Source: an uncultured Candidatus Binatia bacterium (lineage in GTDB: Bacteria > Desulfobacterota > Binatia > UBA9968 > JAJDTQ01). From it: 64,000 nt of DNA. Made by a program: the position numbers and the translations under genes. How positions within the stretch are numbered: the stretch's first letter is position 1; every line of letters begins with the position of its first letter. Where the stretch lies: the NCBI GenBank assembly GCA_964291295.2, contig OZ219754.1, positions 1,376,001 through 1,440,000 of the forward strand, given 5' to 3'. Below, piece after piece: positions 48,827 to 57,952 of this stretch. The notes under the pieces are model-generated. The model saw nothing but the letters and a program-made list of their open reading frames with translations. It did no database searches and was not told the origin of the DNA.

Positions 48827-50757
48827 TGGAGGGGGATGCGGTTCCGGCCGCCGCGCCGCTCGACGTCGATGCCATGCTGGCCGCCCGGAACCGGAAGGAC
48901 CAACTCCGTTTTGTCATCTGCGGCTCGGTGGACGACGGCAAGTCGACCCTGCTCGGCCGCCTGCTGTACGACACGAAGAACGTCTTCGAGGACCAACTTT
49001 CGGCGGTGGCGGTGGAAAGCCGGACCTACGGCACCCGGGGCGATGCGGTGGATCTGGCGCTGCTGGTGGACGGCCTGCAGGCCGAGCGTGAACAAGGGAT
49101 CACCATCGACGTCGCCTACCGCTATTTCGAAACCGGCAGGCGCCGGTTCACCGCCATCGACGCACCGGGCCATGAGCAGTACACGCGCAACATGGCCACG
49201 GGCGCCTCGAAAGCCGATGCCGCGCTGGTTCTCGTCGATGTGCGAAAAGGCGTTCGCACCCAGACCCGCCGCCACAGCCGGGTGGTATCGCTCATGGGTA
49301 TCCGCCGGGCGATCCTCGCGGTCAACAAGATGGACCTGGTCGATTACGACCGCCATCTGTTCTGTGCCGTTGTCGAGGAATATCGGAGCGCCGTCCGGGA
49401 GATGGGGTTCGAGGAGATCGGTGCGGTGCCGATCTCGGCACTGACGGGCGAGAACGTGCGCGCGGCTCTCGGCGGCACGTCCTGGTACGACGGCCCGCCC
49501 TTGCTGGAACTTCTGGAGACGGTCGAGGCGGGACGGGACGAGACGGCTGGCGCGTTTCGCATGCCGGTACAGTGGATCAATCGGCCGCATGGGGATTTCC
49601 GGGGCTTCAGCGGCACGGTCGCTTCCGGCCAGGTCGAGCGGGGCATGGGCGTGGTCGCCAGCCTGTCGGGCCGGCGGTCGACAGTCGAGCGCATTCTCGG
49701 GCCTTCCGGCGATCTCGACCGGGCGGTCCCGGGCCAGGCCGTCACGCTGGTGCTCGCCGATGACATCGATATCGGCCGCGGCGATACGATCGCGGACGCG
49801 GACAGCCCGCCGGGGGTCGCCAACCAGTTCGCCGCCCATCTGATCTGGATGGATACGCAGCCCATGCTGCCCGAACGCTCCTACGCCTTCCGTTTCGCCA
49901 GCGCCTCGGGGTTCGCCCGGGTCACCGATCTGGCCCATCGAATCGACGCACGCTCGCAGGAGCGGTTGGCCGCCAGGACCCTCGGTCTGAACGAGATCGG
50001 CTATGGCAACATCGCGTTCGACCGTGCCGTACCGTTCGATCCCTATTCGGAGAACCGCCGGACCGGCGGGTTCGTGCTTGTCGACAGGTTCACCCATGCC
50101 ACCGTCGGTGCCGGCATGATCCATTGCGCGCTCCGCCGTGCCCGCAACAGCGCATGGCAGGAGACGAAGGTGGACAAGGCGGTGCGGTCGCGCGCCATGG
50201 ACCAGCGCCCCTGCATCCTCTGGATGACCGGACTGTCCGGGGCAGGCAAGTCAACCATCGCCCGCCGTCTCGAACAGAAGTTGCAGGGGCTGGGGAGGTA
50301 CACCTGTCTCCTGGACGGCGACCATGTCCGCCGCGGACTCAACAGGGACCTGGGCTTCAGCGACGAAGACCGGGTGGAGAACATCCGCCGCATCGCCGAA
50401 GTCGGCAAGCTCATGGTGGATGCCGGGCTGATCGTGATCGTCGCCGTCATCGCGCCATTCCGGGCCGAGCGCCTGATGGCCCGCGCCCTGGTGGCAGAGG
50501 GCGAGTTCGTCGAAATCCATGTGGACGCCCCCCTGGAAGTCTGCGAAGCGCGCGACCCGAAAGGGTTGTATGCCAAGGCCCGCCGGGGCGAGCGGGTCCA
50601 TTTCACCGGCATCGATTCACCCTACGAGCCACCACAAGCCCCGGAACTGCGTATCGACACCACAAGGCTGTCGGTGGACGCTGCGGCGGACGCGGTGATC
50701 GGCTTCCTGCAGGGCGCATGCGGGGTAGAGGTGCGTGGATATGCAGGCGTACCCTAG
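48826..50757 (+). CDS. cysNC: Bifunctional sulfate adenylyltransferase subunit 1 / APS kinase (CysNC, NodQ-like)
   Basis: GSVDDGKST, EQGITIDVAY, DAPGHEQYTRNM, NKMD; C-terminal GLSGAGKST, LLDGD, RDPKGLY, FTGIDSPYE. Confidence 0.96.
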   Translation: MEGDAVPAAAPLDVDAMLAARNRKDQLRFVICGSVDDGKSTLLGRLLYDTKNVFEDQLSAVAVESRTYGTRGDAVDLALLVDGLQAEREQGITIDVAYRYFETGRRRFTAIDAPGHEQYTRNMATGASKADAALVLVDVRKGVRTQTRRHSRVVSLMGIRRAILAVNKMDLVDYDRHLFCAVVEEYRSAVREMGFEEIGAVPISALTGENVRAALGGTSWYDGPPLLELLETVEAGRDETAGAFRMPVQWINRPHGDFRGFSGTVASGQVERGMGVVASLSGRRSTVERILGPSGDLDRAVPGQAVTLVLADDIDIGRGDTIADADSPPGVANQFAAHLIWMDTQPMLPERSYAFRFASASGFARVTDLAHRIDARSQERLAARTLGLNEIGYGNIAFDRAVPFDPYSENRRTGGFVLVDRFTHATVGAGMIHCALRRARNSAWQETKVDKAVRSRAMDQRPCILWMTGLSGAGKSTIARRLEQKLQGLGRYTCLLDGDHVRRGLNRDLGFSDEDRVENIRRIAEVGKLMVDAGLIVIVAVIAPFRAERLMARALVAEGEFVEIHVDAPLEVCEARDPKGLYAKARRGERVHFTGIDSPYEPPQAPELRIDTTRLSVDAAADAVIGFLQGACGVEVRGYAGVP

Positions 50758-50776
50758 ACTGAAACCCGGAGGTTTC

Positions 50777-51541
50777 ATGAAGACACTGGCCGCGACACTG
50801 GTTCTCGTCCTGGTCTCCTTTCCATTGTCCGTCATCACGGCGTCCGGCGAAGATGCGGCAACGGAAAAGCTGCGCATCGGCGTCGCCCCCGGCTATGTGC
50901 CGTTCAGCTACATCGATCAGGAAGACCGCCTCAAGGGCTTCGACATCGACATCGCCCTGGCCCTCTGCGAGAAGCTGGACGCCGCCTGCGCGTTCGTCCG
51001 GCATGACTGGGAAGGGCTGATCCCCGCGCTTCGGGCCGGCAGGTTCGACGCCATCGTTTCCAGCATGTCGATTACCGGGGAGCGCCGGCGGCGGGTGGCG
51101 TTCACGGACAGGTATTACAGCAACGCCGTTCGCTTCATCGCGCGCAAGGGTTCGGACTTCGACCCGTCCGCGCCGGCGGGACGGACCATCGGCGTGGCGC
51201 GCGCGACGGTGGCCGCGGACTGGCTGGCGGCGAACCTTTCGGAGGTTGCCGACATAAAGCTGTTCACGGACCAGGAAGCGCCCCTGCGGGCACTCGCCCT
51301 GGGCCGCGTGGATGCCCTGTTCGGCGACGGCCTCGGCTACTGGAAATGGTTGCAGACTCCGGCAGGCGCCGACTTCACCTTCACGGGCAAGGAGTACCAT
51401 CTCGACGAAGGCATCGGCATTGCCGTGCGCAAGGAGGACGAGGCGTTGCGCCGCCGCCTCAACCGCGCGCTGCGCGCGATCCTCGATGACGGCACTTACG
51501 GAAAGATCAACGCCCGGTACTTCCCGTTCCCCATCTACTGA
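50777..51541 (+). CDS. Polar amino-acid ABC transporter substrate-binding protein (family 3)
   Basis: Signal peptide; YVPFSY, GFDIDIA, WEGLIPAL, SMSITGER, DGTYGKINARYF. Confidence 0.9.
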   Translation: MKTLAATLVLVLVSFPLSVITASGEDAATEKLRIGVAPGYVPFSYIDQEDRLKGFDIDIALALCEKLDAACAFVRHDWEGLIPALRAGRFDAIVSSMSITGERRRRVAFTDRYYSNAVRFIARKGSDFDPSAPAGRTIGVARATVAADWLAANLSEVADIKLFTDQEAPLRALALGRVDALFGDGLGYWKWLQTPAGADFTFTGKEYHLDEGIGIAVRKEDEALRRRLNRALRAILDDGTYGKINARYFPFPIY

Positions 51542-51599
51542 GGTCTGTTCATACGGGATGGACCGGCCCGCCGGTCCGGTCGGAAAGCGCGGGCCGGCT

Positions 51600-54008
51600 T
51601 CAGAAAGTGCGGCGCCAGCCGGCCAGAATGCTCCACTCGGGGCCGGCGGCCGCGTCGTGGCCGGGATGCCGGCTCCAGCCCGCGCCCAGGCGCAGTTCGC
51701 CGCCGTTGTCGAGGGAATGGCGCCACTGGGCGGCGATGTCGATCTGCCAGCCGGTGGGTTCGAGGTCCGCGGTCATGGACCGGCGCACGACCCGCCCGTC
51801 TTTGGTGCGGCCCACCGGGATCGAAAGCCTGGCCCGCCCGGCTTCCACACGCAGGGGCCGCCCCACCGACACCGCCAGCGCGTCCCGGCCGCCCAGCGCC
51901 CTTTCCGCACGCAGCACGAACGCACTGGTCGTCAGCGGCGACACGCTTGCGAGCATTCCGCCGCTCACCGCCGTCTTCACGGTGCCGATTTCCGCTCCCG
52001 CGGCCAGGCGCCACGCGCCGGCCCGGAATTCGCCCTCCAGGCCGGCGAAGGCGGACTGGCCCGCCAGCCGGCCGAAGGCGCCGCTCACCTTGCTGCCGAG
52101 CAGGGTCCGGCGCTCGCCCACCATGCCGCCCACAAGGATGAAGGGCTGTTCCGGGGGCCGCCATGTCAGGGCCGCGCCCGACGCCGGCGTCCGGCCCCGC
52201 ATTCCTTCGGTCGAGAAGGCGGCAAAGCCGAATCCGTGCCACCTCGGCACGCCCACCGTCAGGGCCGGCCCGGCCAGGGAAAGGTGTCCGCCGCCGGCGC
52301 CGAAGGGCGCCGCGCCCAGAAGGCCCAGGCGGAACGGGAGGGGTTCCGCGTCCCCTGCGCGGGCGGTCAGCGGGATGGCGCCGGGCCGCAGGATGCCGCC
52401 GGGCTGGCCGGTCCGGGGCGGTGCCATGAAGGATCGCAGCCGGGCGGTCAGGGCGGGGCCGGAGGCGCCGCTGACAAGGCCGCCGAGGGGAAACCAGAAC
52501 GGCGCCCCCAGCGTGTCGAAGGCCACGATTTCCCCGCCGCCGGAGAACGCCTGCGCAAGCCCGTTGCCCAGCGCGCCGCCGGGCGTGAAGCGGGTCCGCG
52601 CCACATGGTTGCCGGGGCTGTCGATGCGCCCGCCCAGCGTGACGGTGGTGACGCCGACCGGTGCCGTGGCGGCGCCCAGGTCCATCAGCCCCTGGCCGTA
52701 GACGCGGCTGTCGGCGTAGATGCCCTGTTTGTTGGCCGTCGCCAGCAGCCGGGCGGCCAACTCCGTGTTGGTCATCTGGCCGCGGAAAAGCTGCTTCATC
52801 ACCATCAGCCCGCCGGTCACGAACGGCGCGGCAAAGGACGTGCCGCTGCCAGTGGCGACGCCCCGCGTGCCAGGGAGGCCGTGGGTGGGGTCGGGTCCGA
52901 AATAGGCTGCCTTGACGGCCTCCCCGGGCGCCGCGATGCACCACCGCGCCGCGATGCCGCAACGGTTGGAGAACGGGGTGATTTCGTAGTCCCCGCCGCC
53001 ATCGCTGTCGGGCGCAACGGCGACGACGGCGAGCACGTGCCCGCGCAGTTCGGCGATGCGCGCCGGCAGGCCGGGTTGGATCTGGACCGACCGGGCGTTG
53101 ACGCGTCCGCCCAAGCAGAGGCCGGAGTTGCCGGGGAAGTCCGCCGGGTCGCAGGGTTTGTCGTGGGCGTTGCCGGCCGCGAACACGAAAACGGTCTTGT
53201 CGGGCGCGCCGGTCTGCGCCAGCGCGGCGATGGTCCCGCCCAGACTCCCGCGCAGCCCCTGTTCGTCGTACTGGTCGATGATTCCGCTGTAGCCCCAGCT
53301 CGCATTGACGAAATCGATCTTCCGGCCGTCGTGGGACCAGTTGGCGGCGCGGGTGAATGCTTGCGCAAGCCTGTCCTCGTCACTGCTCAGGGAGTCGAGG
53401 GAAATCGGAACATACGGGCCGCCGCCCTGTCCGAGCCTGACGGCGAGCAGCGCCAGGTCGGCGCCCGGTGCGACCCCGTGCGCAGCGCCCCGGGCGGTAT
53501 GCGCGGCCGTCGGCCGCCCGGCGATTACGCTCGCGACCATCGTGCCGTGCGAGGAGATGCGGCCGCCGGCGGCACCCGTTCCATCAAGGATGTGCTCGCT
53601 CACCGTCTTGCGGGCAAACGCCGGGTGGCCGGTATCGAGACCGTCGTCGATCAGCCCGGCGGTTTGACCGCCGCCCGGTTCGACGCCGGTGCCGTGCGCC
53701 AGTTCGAGTTGCGCATAGGCCCGGTCCGCGCGGATCGCGGCCAGGCCCCACTGGTTTTTGAACTCCGCCCGGCCGCCATGGCGCGCGGCCAGCGTCTGAC
53801 GCTCCCGCCGCCAACTCTGCGCGGAGAGGCACCCGAAATCCGCGGTTGGAATGGCGTCCGGCGGCGTGCAGACAGGCGCCGTCCGCGGCGGCTCGGGCGG
53901 CCGGGGAGGGCCAGCCGCGCCGCCGCCGCACGCTGAAACGAGCAGGGCCGAAACGAGCAGCGGCGGGAGCAGCGCGGCCGCACCGGGCAGGCGCCGGCCA
54001 GATGCCAT
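51600..54008 (-). CDS. S8 (subtilisin-like) peptidase lipoprotein with a C-terminal beta-rich domain
   Basis: Lipobox LVSAC-GGG; IDDG (Asp), SHGTMVA (His), AAGN, SGTSFAAP (Ser); ends GWRRTF; start inferred inside a longer ORF. Confidence 0.85.
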   Translation of the reverse strand: MASGRRLPGAAALLPPLLVSALLVSACGGGAAGPPRPPEPPRTAPVCTPPDAIPTADFGCLSAQSWRRERQTLAARHGGRAEFKNQWGLAAIRADRAYAQLELAHGTGVEPGGGQTAGLIDDGLDTGHPAFARKTVSEHILDGTGAAGGRISSHGTMVASVIAGRPTAAHTARGAAHGVAPGADLALLAVRLGQGGGPYVPISLDSLSSDEDRLAQAFTRAANWSHDGRKIDFVNASWGYSGIIDQYDEQGLRGSLGGTIAALAQTGAPDKTVFVFAAGNAHDKPCDPADFPGNSGLCLGGRVNARSVQIQPGLPARIAELRGHVLAVVAVAPDSDGGGDYEITPFSNRCGIAARWCIAAPGEAVKAAYFGPDPTHGLPGTRGVATGSGTSFAAPFVTGGLMVMKQLFRGQMTNTELAARLLATANKQGIYADSRVYGQGLMDLGAATAPVGVTTVTLGGRIDSPGNHVARTRFTPGGALGNGLAQAFSGGGEIVAFDTLGAPFWFPLGGLVSGASGPALTARLRSFMAPPRTGQPGGILRPGAIPLTARAGDAEPLPFRLGLLGAAPFGAGGGHLSLAGPALTVGVPRWHGFGFAAFSTEGMRGRTPASGAALTWRPPEQPFILVGGMVGERRTLLGSKVSGAFGRLAGQSAFAGLEGEFRAGAWRLAAGAEIGTVKTAVSGGMLASVSPLTTSAFVLRAERALGGRDALAVSVGRPLRVEAGRARLSIPVGRTKDGRVVRRSMTADLEPTGWQIDIAAQWRHSLDNGGELRLGAGWSRHPGHDAAAGPEWSILAGWRRTF

Positions 54009-54206
54009 CAAGCGCCTCACGACGGTGATTCCTTCGCCCTTCGCCGTATTCGGCTGGCACCTGTTCGCGGCGAGAGGAAGGAGACGATACGGAGGATGAT
54101 ACCGGAGACGATACCGTCGCGGTTCCGGATGGCTTCGATCCAGGGTGTGTTGACACGATTCATGACCGGCTCCGGCTCCACCATCGATGAGACTGCCGGG
54201 GTGGCG

Positions 54207-54249
54207 CGGCGTCGTCACACACGGCGTCGTCACACACGGCGTCGTCACA
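54207..54249 (+). repeat. 15-bp tandem repeat, about 3 copies, overlapping the NYN gene stop
   Basis: CGGCGTCGTCACACA x2 plus CGGCGTCGTCACA. Confidence 0.85.
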
Positions 54250-54754
54250 GCTTGGCCAGGTAGTCCCGGCGTCTCCGCTCGCTCCTGGAAAGCCGCCGGG
54301 GGTTGCCTTTCTTTTGCCCGTCCCGGCCCCGGGGCGGACCGCCGTCGTCGTCCTCCATGGGATCGGGCGCCCCCGGAACCGGTCTCATCCTGGCGAGAAA
54401 CTGATTGACGTACACGGCCACGGCGCCGCTCCTCTCCACGCTGCGGCGCAGTTCGCGATCGGAGGTCACGACCACGCACGTGTCCCCCAGTTCGCGGGCA
54501 AGGCGTTCGATGACGGCGTCGGCCTTCTCTCCGTAGCGGGAGAACACGACCGTCACTTCCCCCACCTGCTCGCGTGTCTCTTCGGTACGGCCGGCCCGCC
54601 ACCCGTCGAAGACGGTGGTCAGCCAATGGCCGGTGCGCGCCTGGTATCGGGCCGCCTCCCTGATGAGGTCGGTGCGCTTCTGCTCCAGATCCCCGCGCAG
54701 GCCATGTTCGCTGCCGATGACGTTGTAGCCGTCGACCACGATATGGAACGGCAT
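54245..54754 (-). CDS. NYN-domain ribonuclease (YacP/Rae1-like)
   Basis: IVVDGYNVI, VFDG, ADAVIE and VVTSDREL acidic motifs. Confidence 0.88.
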   Translation of the reverse strand: MPFHIVVDGYNVIGSEHGLRGDLEQKRTDLIREAARYQARTGHWLTTVFDGWRAGRTEETREQVGEVTVVFSRYGEKADAVIERLARELGDTCVVVTSDRELRRSVERSGAVAVYVNQFLARMRPVPGAPDPMEDDDGGPPRGRDGQKKGNPRRLSRSERRRRDYLAKL

Positions 54755-54836
54755 GGATGGATTCTCCGTGTGAACCGACGTGAAGTCCCGAAATATACCC
54801 GCTTCCGCCAACGGGTGCGAATGCGGCCGAGGAGTG

Positions 54837-55606
54837 AGCATATTCCAACAAGAAGATGAGGCTATGCAGGGTGCCGCGGGAGGGTGGAGGGTTCGACCAC
54901 GAGGTTGATGAGGTAGAGCGCTTGGCACCGTCGCGGTCGCTCTGCTGGACGGTGTCCACGCGCAGCGGCGGTTGGGCTGCGGGGCGCGCCGTTCGTCCAC
55001 GGTCCCGGCGTCCGCACGGGTGCCGACGACAACGGTGCGGACGCCTCGGGTAGATACGGGAGCCACGCAGTTTCTAGAGGTGGTTCGGCCGAGATCTCGG
55101 CCCGCGGCTCGAAGCGCGGATCCCGGAAGGGATGGAACAGGGGCTGCAGCACCACCCGCGTGGCCAAGCCTGACATCTGGCCCAAGTCCTCGTCCACCCG
55201 CGCCAGTAGTCGCATGACCGCCGGCGAGCAGAGCCGGGCGAAGGGCGGTAGCCCTGGCGTCGGTGCACGACCCGGCTGGTCTTGCGGAACGGGCGAATCA
55301 GCGGGGTGCTCGAGAGTAGGCGGTGGTCTTTTCCAGAAAGCGCATCACCGGCGTTTTGGACGGTTTGTCCAAACCACTGTAGCCGAGGCGCCCCAAGGTC
55401 GGTTTGAGGAACTCGCAGGTGTCGGTGGGGTGAAAGTCTACAGGCTTGCGCGCCTCGACGAAGGCGGCAATCGGTTCGATAGTGCCCAAGGGTACCGTTC
55501 GAGGTGTCACGATCATTTTATGACGATCCCCGACACCCCAGCTTCAGGCTCACATTGCATTGGAATCGCTTCAGGCTTTCAGGCTCACATTGCGTTGGAC
55601 AAGACT
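54837..55606 (-). mobile_element. Internally deleted IS, copy A (N-terminal half of a DDE/integrase-core transposase, frameshifted)
   Basis: Both ends are shared with 59078-59771; fragments MIVTPRT..., RLLARVDEDLGQMSGLATR, ERRAPQP, VDTVQQSDRDG, LYLINLV. Confidence 0.8.
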
Positions 55607-55611
55607 GCTGC

Positions 55612-55640
55612 TTGACAGTGGGGGGGGGGGGGGGTAAAGT
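55612..55640 (+). promoter_or_regulatory. Sigma70-type promoter with a poly-G spacer (candidate phase-variable promoter)
   Basis: TTGACA (55612-55617), GT, G15 (55620-55634), TAAAGT (55635-55640); spacer exactly 17 nt. Confidence 0.75.
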
Positions 55641-55701
55641 CTGAATCCGTGACAGGATCACGAGGGTATCGACGTGGCGGCGCTGGCCGAATCCGACTTG
55701 G

Positions 55702-55800
55702 GGAAGGTCCGAACGACCCCGGATTTGCTGGGGCTGAATCAATACAATCCACAGGTTGTGAGTGGCTCAATGTCGCGCCATGGCCTTGTTCGGACGTTCC
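55702..55800 (+). mobile_element. 99-bp IS5-type MITE
   Basis: TIRs GGAAGGTCCGAA / TTCGGACGTTCC resemble the IS5 end GGAAGGTGCGAA; flanked by the 4-bp direct repeat TTGG. Confidence 0.8.
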
Positions 55801-56046
55801 TTGGACTTCATGGGGTGAGGCACGCGATTGCGAAGGAGTTGAGCAATTTATCCATGAGGAAGTGAGAAGGACGACTTTGACGGCATAAGCAAGACGGATC
55901 GGGAGACTTGTTCAAACCATACCCTCCTGAATGCCTGCTGAGGTTGCCGGAGGGAAGTTCCGTGGCATTGTGCCAAGGCCCGTCGTACCAGAGCTGTTTT
56001 TGAAGGCGGCAGGGGAGCTCGAGAATGAAAAGGACGAGGAGAATAT

Positions 56047-56094
56047 TGATGTACGGAATGATGCACGGGATGATGCACGGGATGATGCACAGGA
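56047..56094 (+). repeat. 12-bp tandem repeat x4 at the lipoprotein start
   Basis: tgatgtacggaa tgatgcacggga tgatgcacggga tgatgcacagga, encoding MYGMMHGMMHGMMHR. Confidence 0.85.
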
Positions 56095-57848
56095 ACCTGG
56101 CGGCGGTCTTCTGCGCGGTGGTGTTGGCCTTCGGGCTGGCGGCATGCGGAGGCAGCAGCAACAACAACCGGACCCCGGCGACGACCCCGGATCCGCCGCC
56201 GGCGGGGCCGACGGCAGTGGAGACGGCGATCAAGGAGGCCCGGACGGCGGCGATGGCGGCGTCGGGCAAGGCCAAGACGGCGTCGGACAACGCGGGGACG
56301 TCGGCGGATGAGGCGGAAGCGGCGATCCTGGGTGTCGTGCCCGTTTTCACTCCCAAGGGGGAGATGACGGCGAAGAGCTACGCGGATGCGGCCCGGACGG
56401 CGGCGGACATGGCGAAGGCGGAGTACGACAAGGCCAAGATGGAGTCGGACAAGGCTGCGGCCACGAGCGACTTGCGTGTGGCGGCCCAGGCCGAAGTCGC
56501 AGCCGAGGCGGCGCAGGCGAAGGCCGAGGCTCAGGCGGCGATGGCCGCGGAAAAGGCGAAGATGGCGAAGGAGGCCGCGGCCAAGGAGGTTCGGCGTGTC
56601 GAGGGCATGACCTACAGGTACGGCGACACGACCATCACGGCGGGTGCACCCTATGCCAAGCTCACGACCGGGGGCAAGACCATCGAGACCGGCAAGCGCG
56701 GCAACATCGACGAGAAATCACGGAATTACCGAAAGGAACCCGTCCAATACGTGGCGGCAACGGCAAACAAGCCGGAGGTGGTTTCCCGGACGGGAATCCA
56801 TGCACGGACCATCCCCGTCGGTTCCTACAACGACTCGGAGAAGTCCCGTTTCTGGCTGATGGACAAGTATGTCCGCAACACCAAGGGGGTGAAGGCCTAC
56901 CGCAGGGCGAAGGACGCCAGCGATCAGCCCATCAACGTGACCGCCCCGATCACGGTCGAGAACCCGTTCGGTTCGGTCACGGTAGGGGAAAAGACCTACA
57001 AGGTCATGCGGGCGGAGGGGGAGTTCCATATTCTTGATACCCCGGAGTCGAAGAAACTGGACAAGACGAATGCCTGGGACTGGATCAATGGGGGCACCAA
57101 GGACGCGAATGCGGGCGTGGGCGTCTACTACTACAACAACGGCAGCAAGGACATCTATCTTCTGCGCACCGGAACGAGCGGGACCGACAACTTCACCTAC
57201 CGGCAGATTTTCGTCTACGATGTGCCGGATTTCCCGGAGGCGAGGCCCTATGAGCACATGAACTACGGGATGTGGCACACGCAGAAGTCAGGCAGGACCA
57301 ACCTTGGCATCTCATTCGTCACGGTGCTGCCCGATGGCGAGGGCATGACCCCGGCGGCCAACATGCCAGGCTTCGGCAGTGCCACCTACAGGGGTAATGC
57401 AATTTGGCAACACCGCGCACAGCACGCTCAAGGCGAAGGAGGTATCTCCGGTCTTGACGGAACCTCAACCACAACGGTGGATTTCGGGAAAAGCACCATC
57501 AAGACCGATATTTATCGCGCGCACTTCTTGTTGCAAGGCGGATATGACGGGATTATCGCCACATTCCACGGCACCATCGACGGGAACGGGTTCTCGGGCA
57601 GCAAAGTGACCAATGTCAACGCCGAAGGCGCCGGCTACGATACACCGGGATTTCTGGCTGGCTATCAGGCCCGCCATCGTACTGCATTGAAGCTGGCCAC
57701 GAGCGTGGACGGCAGCCTGTACGAGGTGAGGGAGTACAGCGGCCATTTCTTCGGGCCGGACGCCGAAGAGGTGGGCGGCGTGTTCGACATCACGTCCAAG
57801 GACAAGAAGAACGGCGAGTTGCGCGGCTCCTTCGGCGGCCGCAGGTAG
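56049..57848 (+). CDS. Surface lipoprotein with a C-terminal TbpB-like beta-barrel (Slam/type XI substrate-like)
   Basis: Lipobox LAAC-GG; Ala/Lys/Glu helical stalk; SATYRG, FHGTIDGNGFSG and GHFFGPDAEEVGGVF...GSFGGRR; GAGGAG RBS before ATG 56049. Confidence 0.8.
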   Translation: MYGMMHGMMHGMMHRNLAAVFCAVVLAFGLAACGGSSNNNRTPATTPDPPPAGPTAVETAIKEARTAAMAASGKAKTASDNAGTSADEAEAAILGVVPVFTPKGEMTAKSYADAARTAADMAKAEYDKAKMESDKAAATSDLRVAAQAEVAAEAAQAKAEAQAAMAAEKAKMAKEAAAKEVRRVEGMTYRYGDTTITAGAPYAKLTTGGKTIETGKRGNIDEKSRNYRKEPVQYVAATANKPEVVSRTGIHARTIPVGSYNDSEKSRFWLMDKYVRNTKGVKAYRRAKDASDQPINVTAPITVENPFGSVTVGEKTYKVMRAEGEFHILDTPESKKLDKTNAWDWINGGTKDANAGVGVYYYNNGSKDIYLLRTGTSGTDNFTYRQIFVYDVPDFPEARPYEHMNYGMWHTQKSGRTNLGISFVTVLPDGEGMTPAANMPGFGSATYRGNAIWQHRAQHAQGEGGISGLDGTSTTTVDFGKSTIKTDIYRAHFLLQGGYDGIIATFHGTIDGNGFSGSKVTNVNAEGAGYDTPGFLAGYQARHRTALKLATSVDGSLYEVREYSGHFFGPDAEEVGGVFDITSKDKKNGELRGSFGGRR

Positions 57849-57886
57849 TAAACAGGTCGCCGTCACCGGCGGTGGTTCACGGAGCG

Positions 57887-57928
57887 GGGCGCCCGATCCA
57901 TCTCCGGATCGGGCGCCCTTTTCTTTTT
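57887..57928 (+). terminator. Intrinsic terminator after the lipoprotein gene
   Basis: GGGCGCCCGATCC / GGATCGGGCGCCC 13-bp stem followed by TTTTCTTTTT. Confidence 0.85.
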
Positions 57929-57952
57929 CGACAGCCGCCGGGGAGGCTGTGG

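Noticed and set aside
51600-54959. 1119-aa ORF suggesting a transposase-nuclease-protease fusion
   Set aside because: The first ~317 codons run off-frame over the IS remnant and the NYN gene; the signal peptide and lipobox mark the real start near 54008
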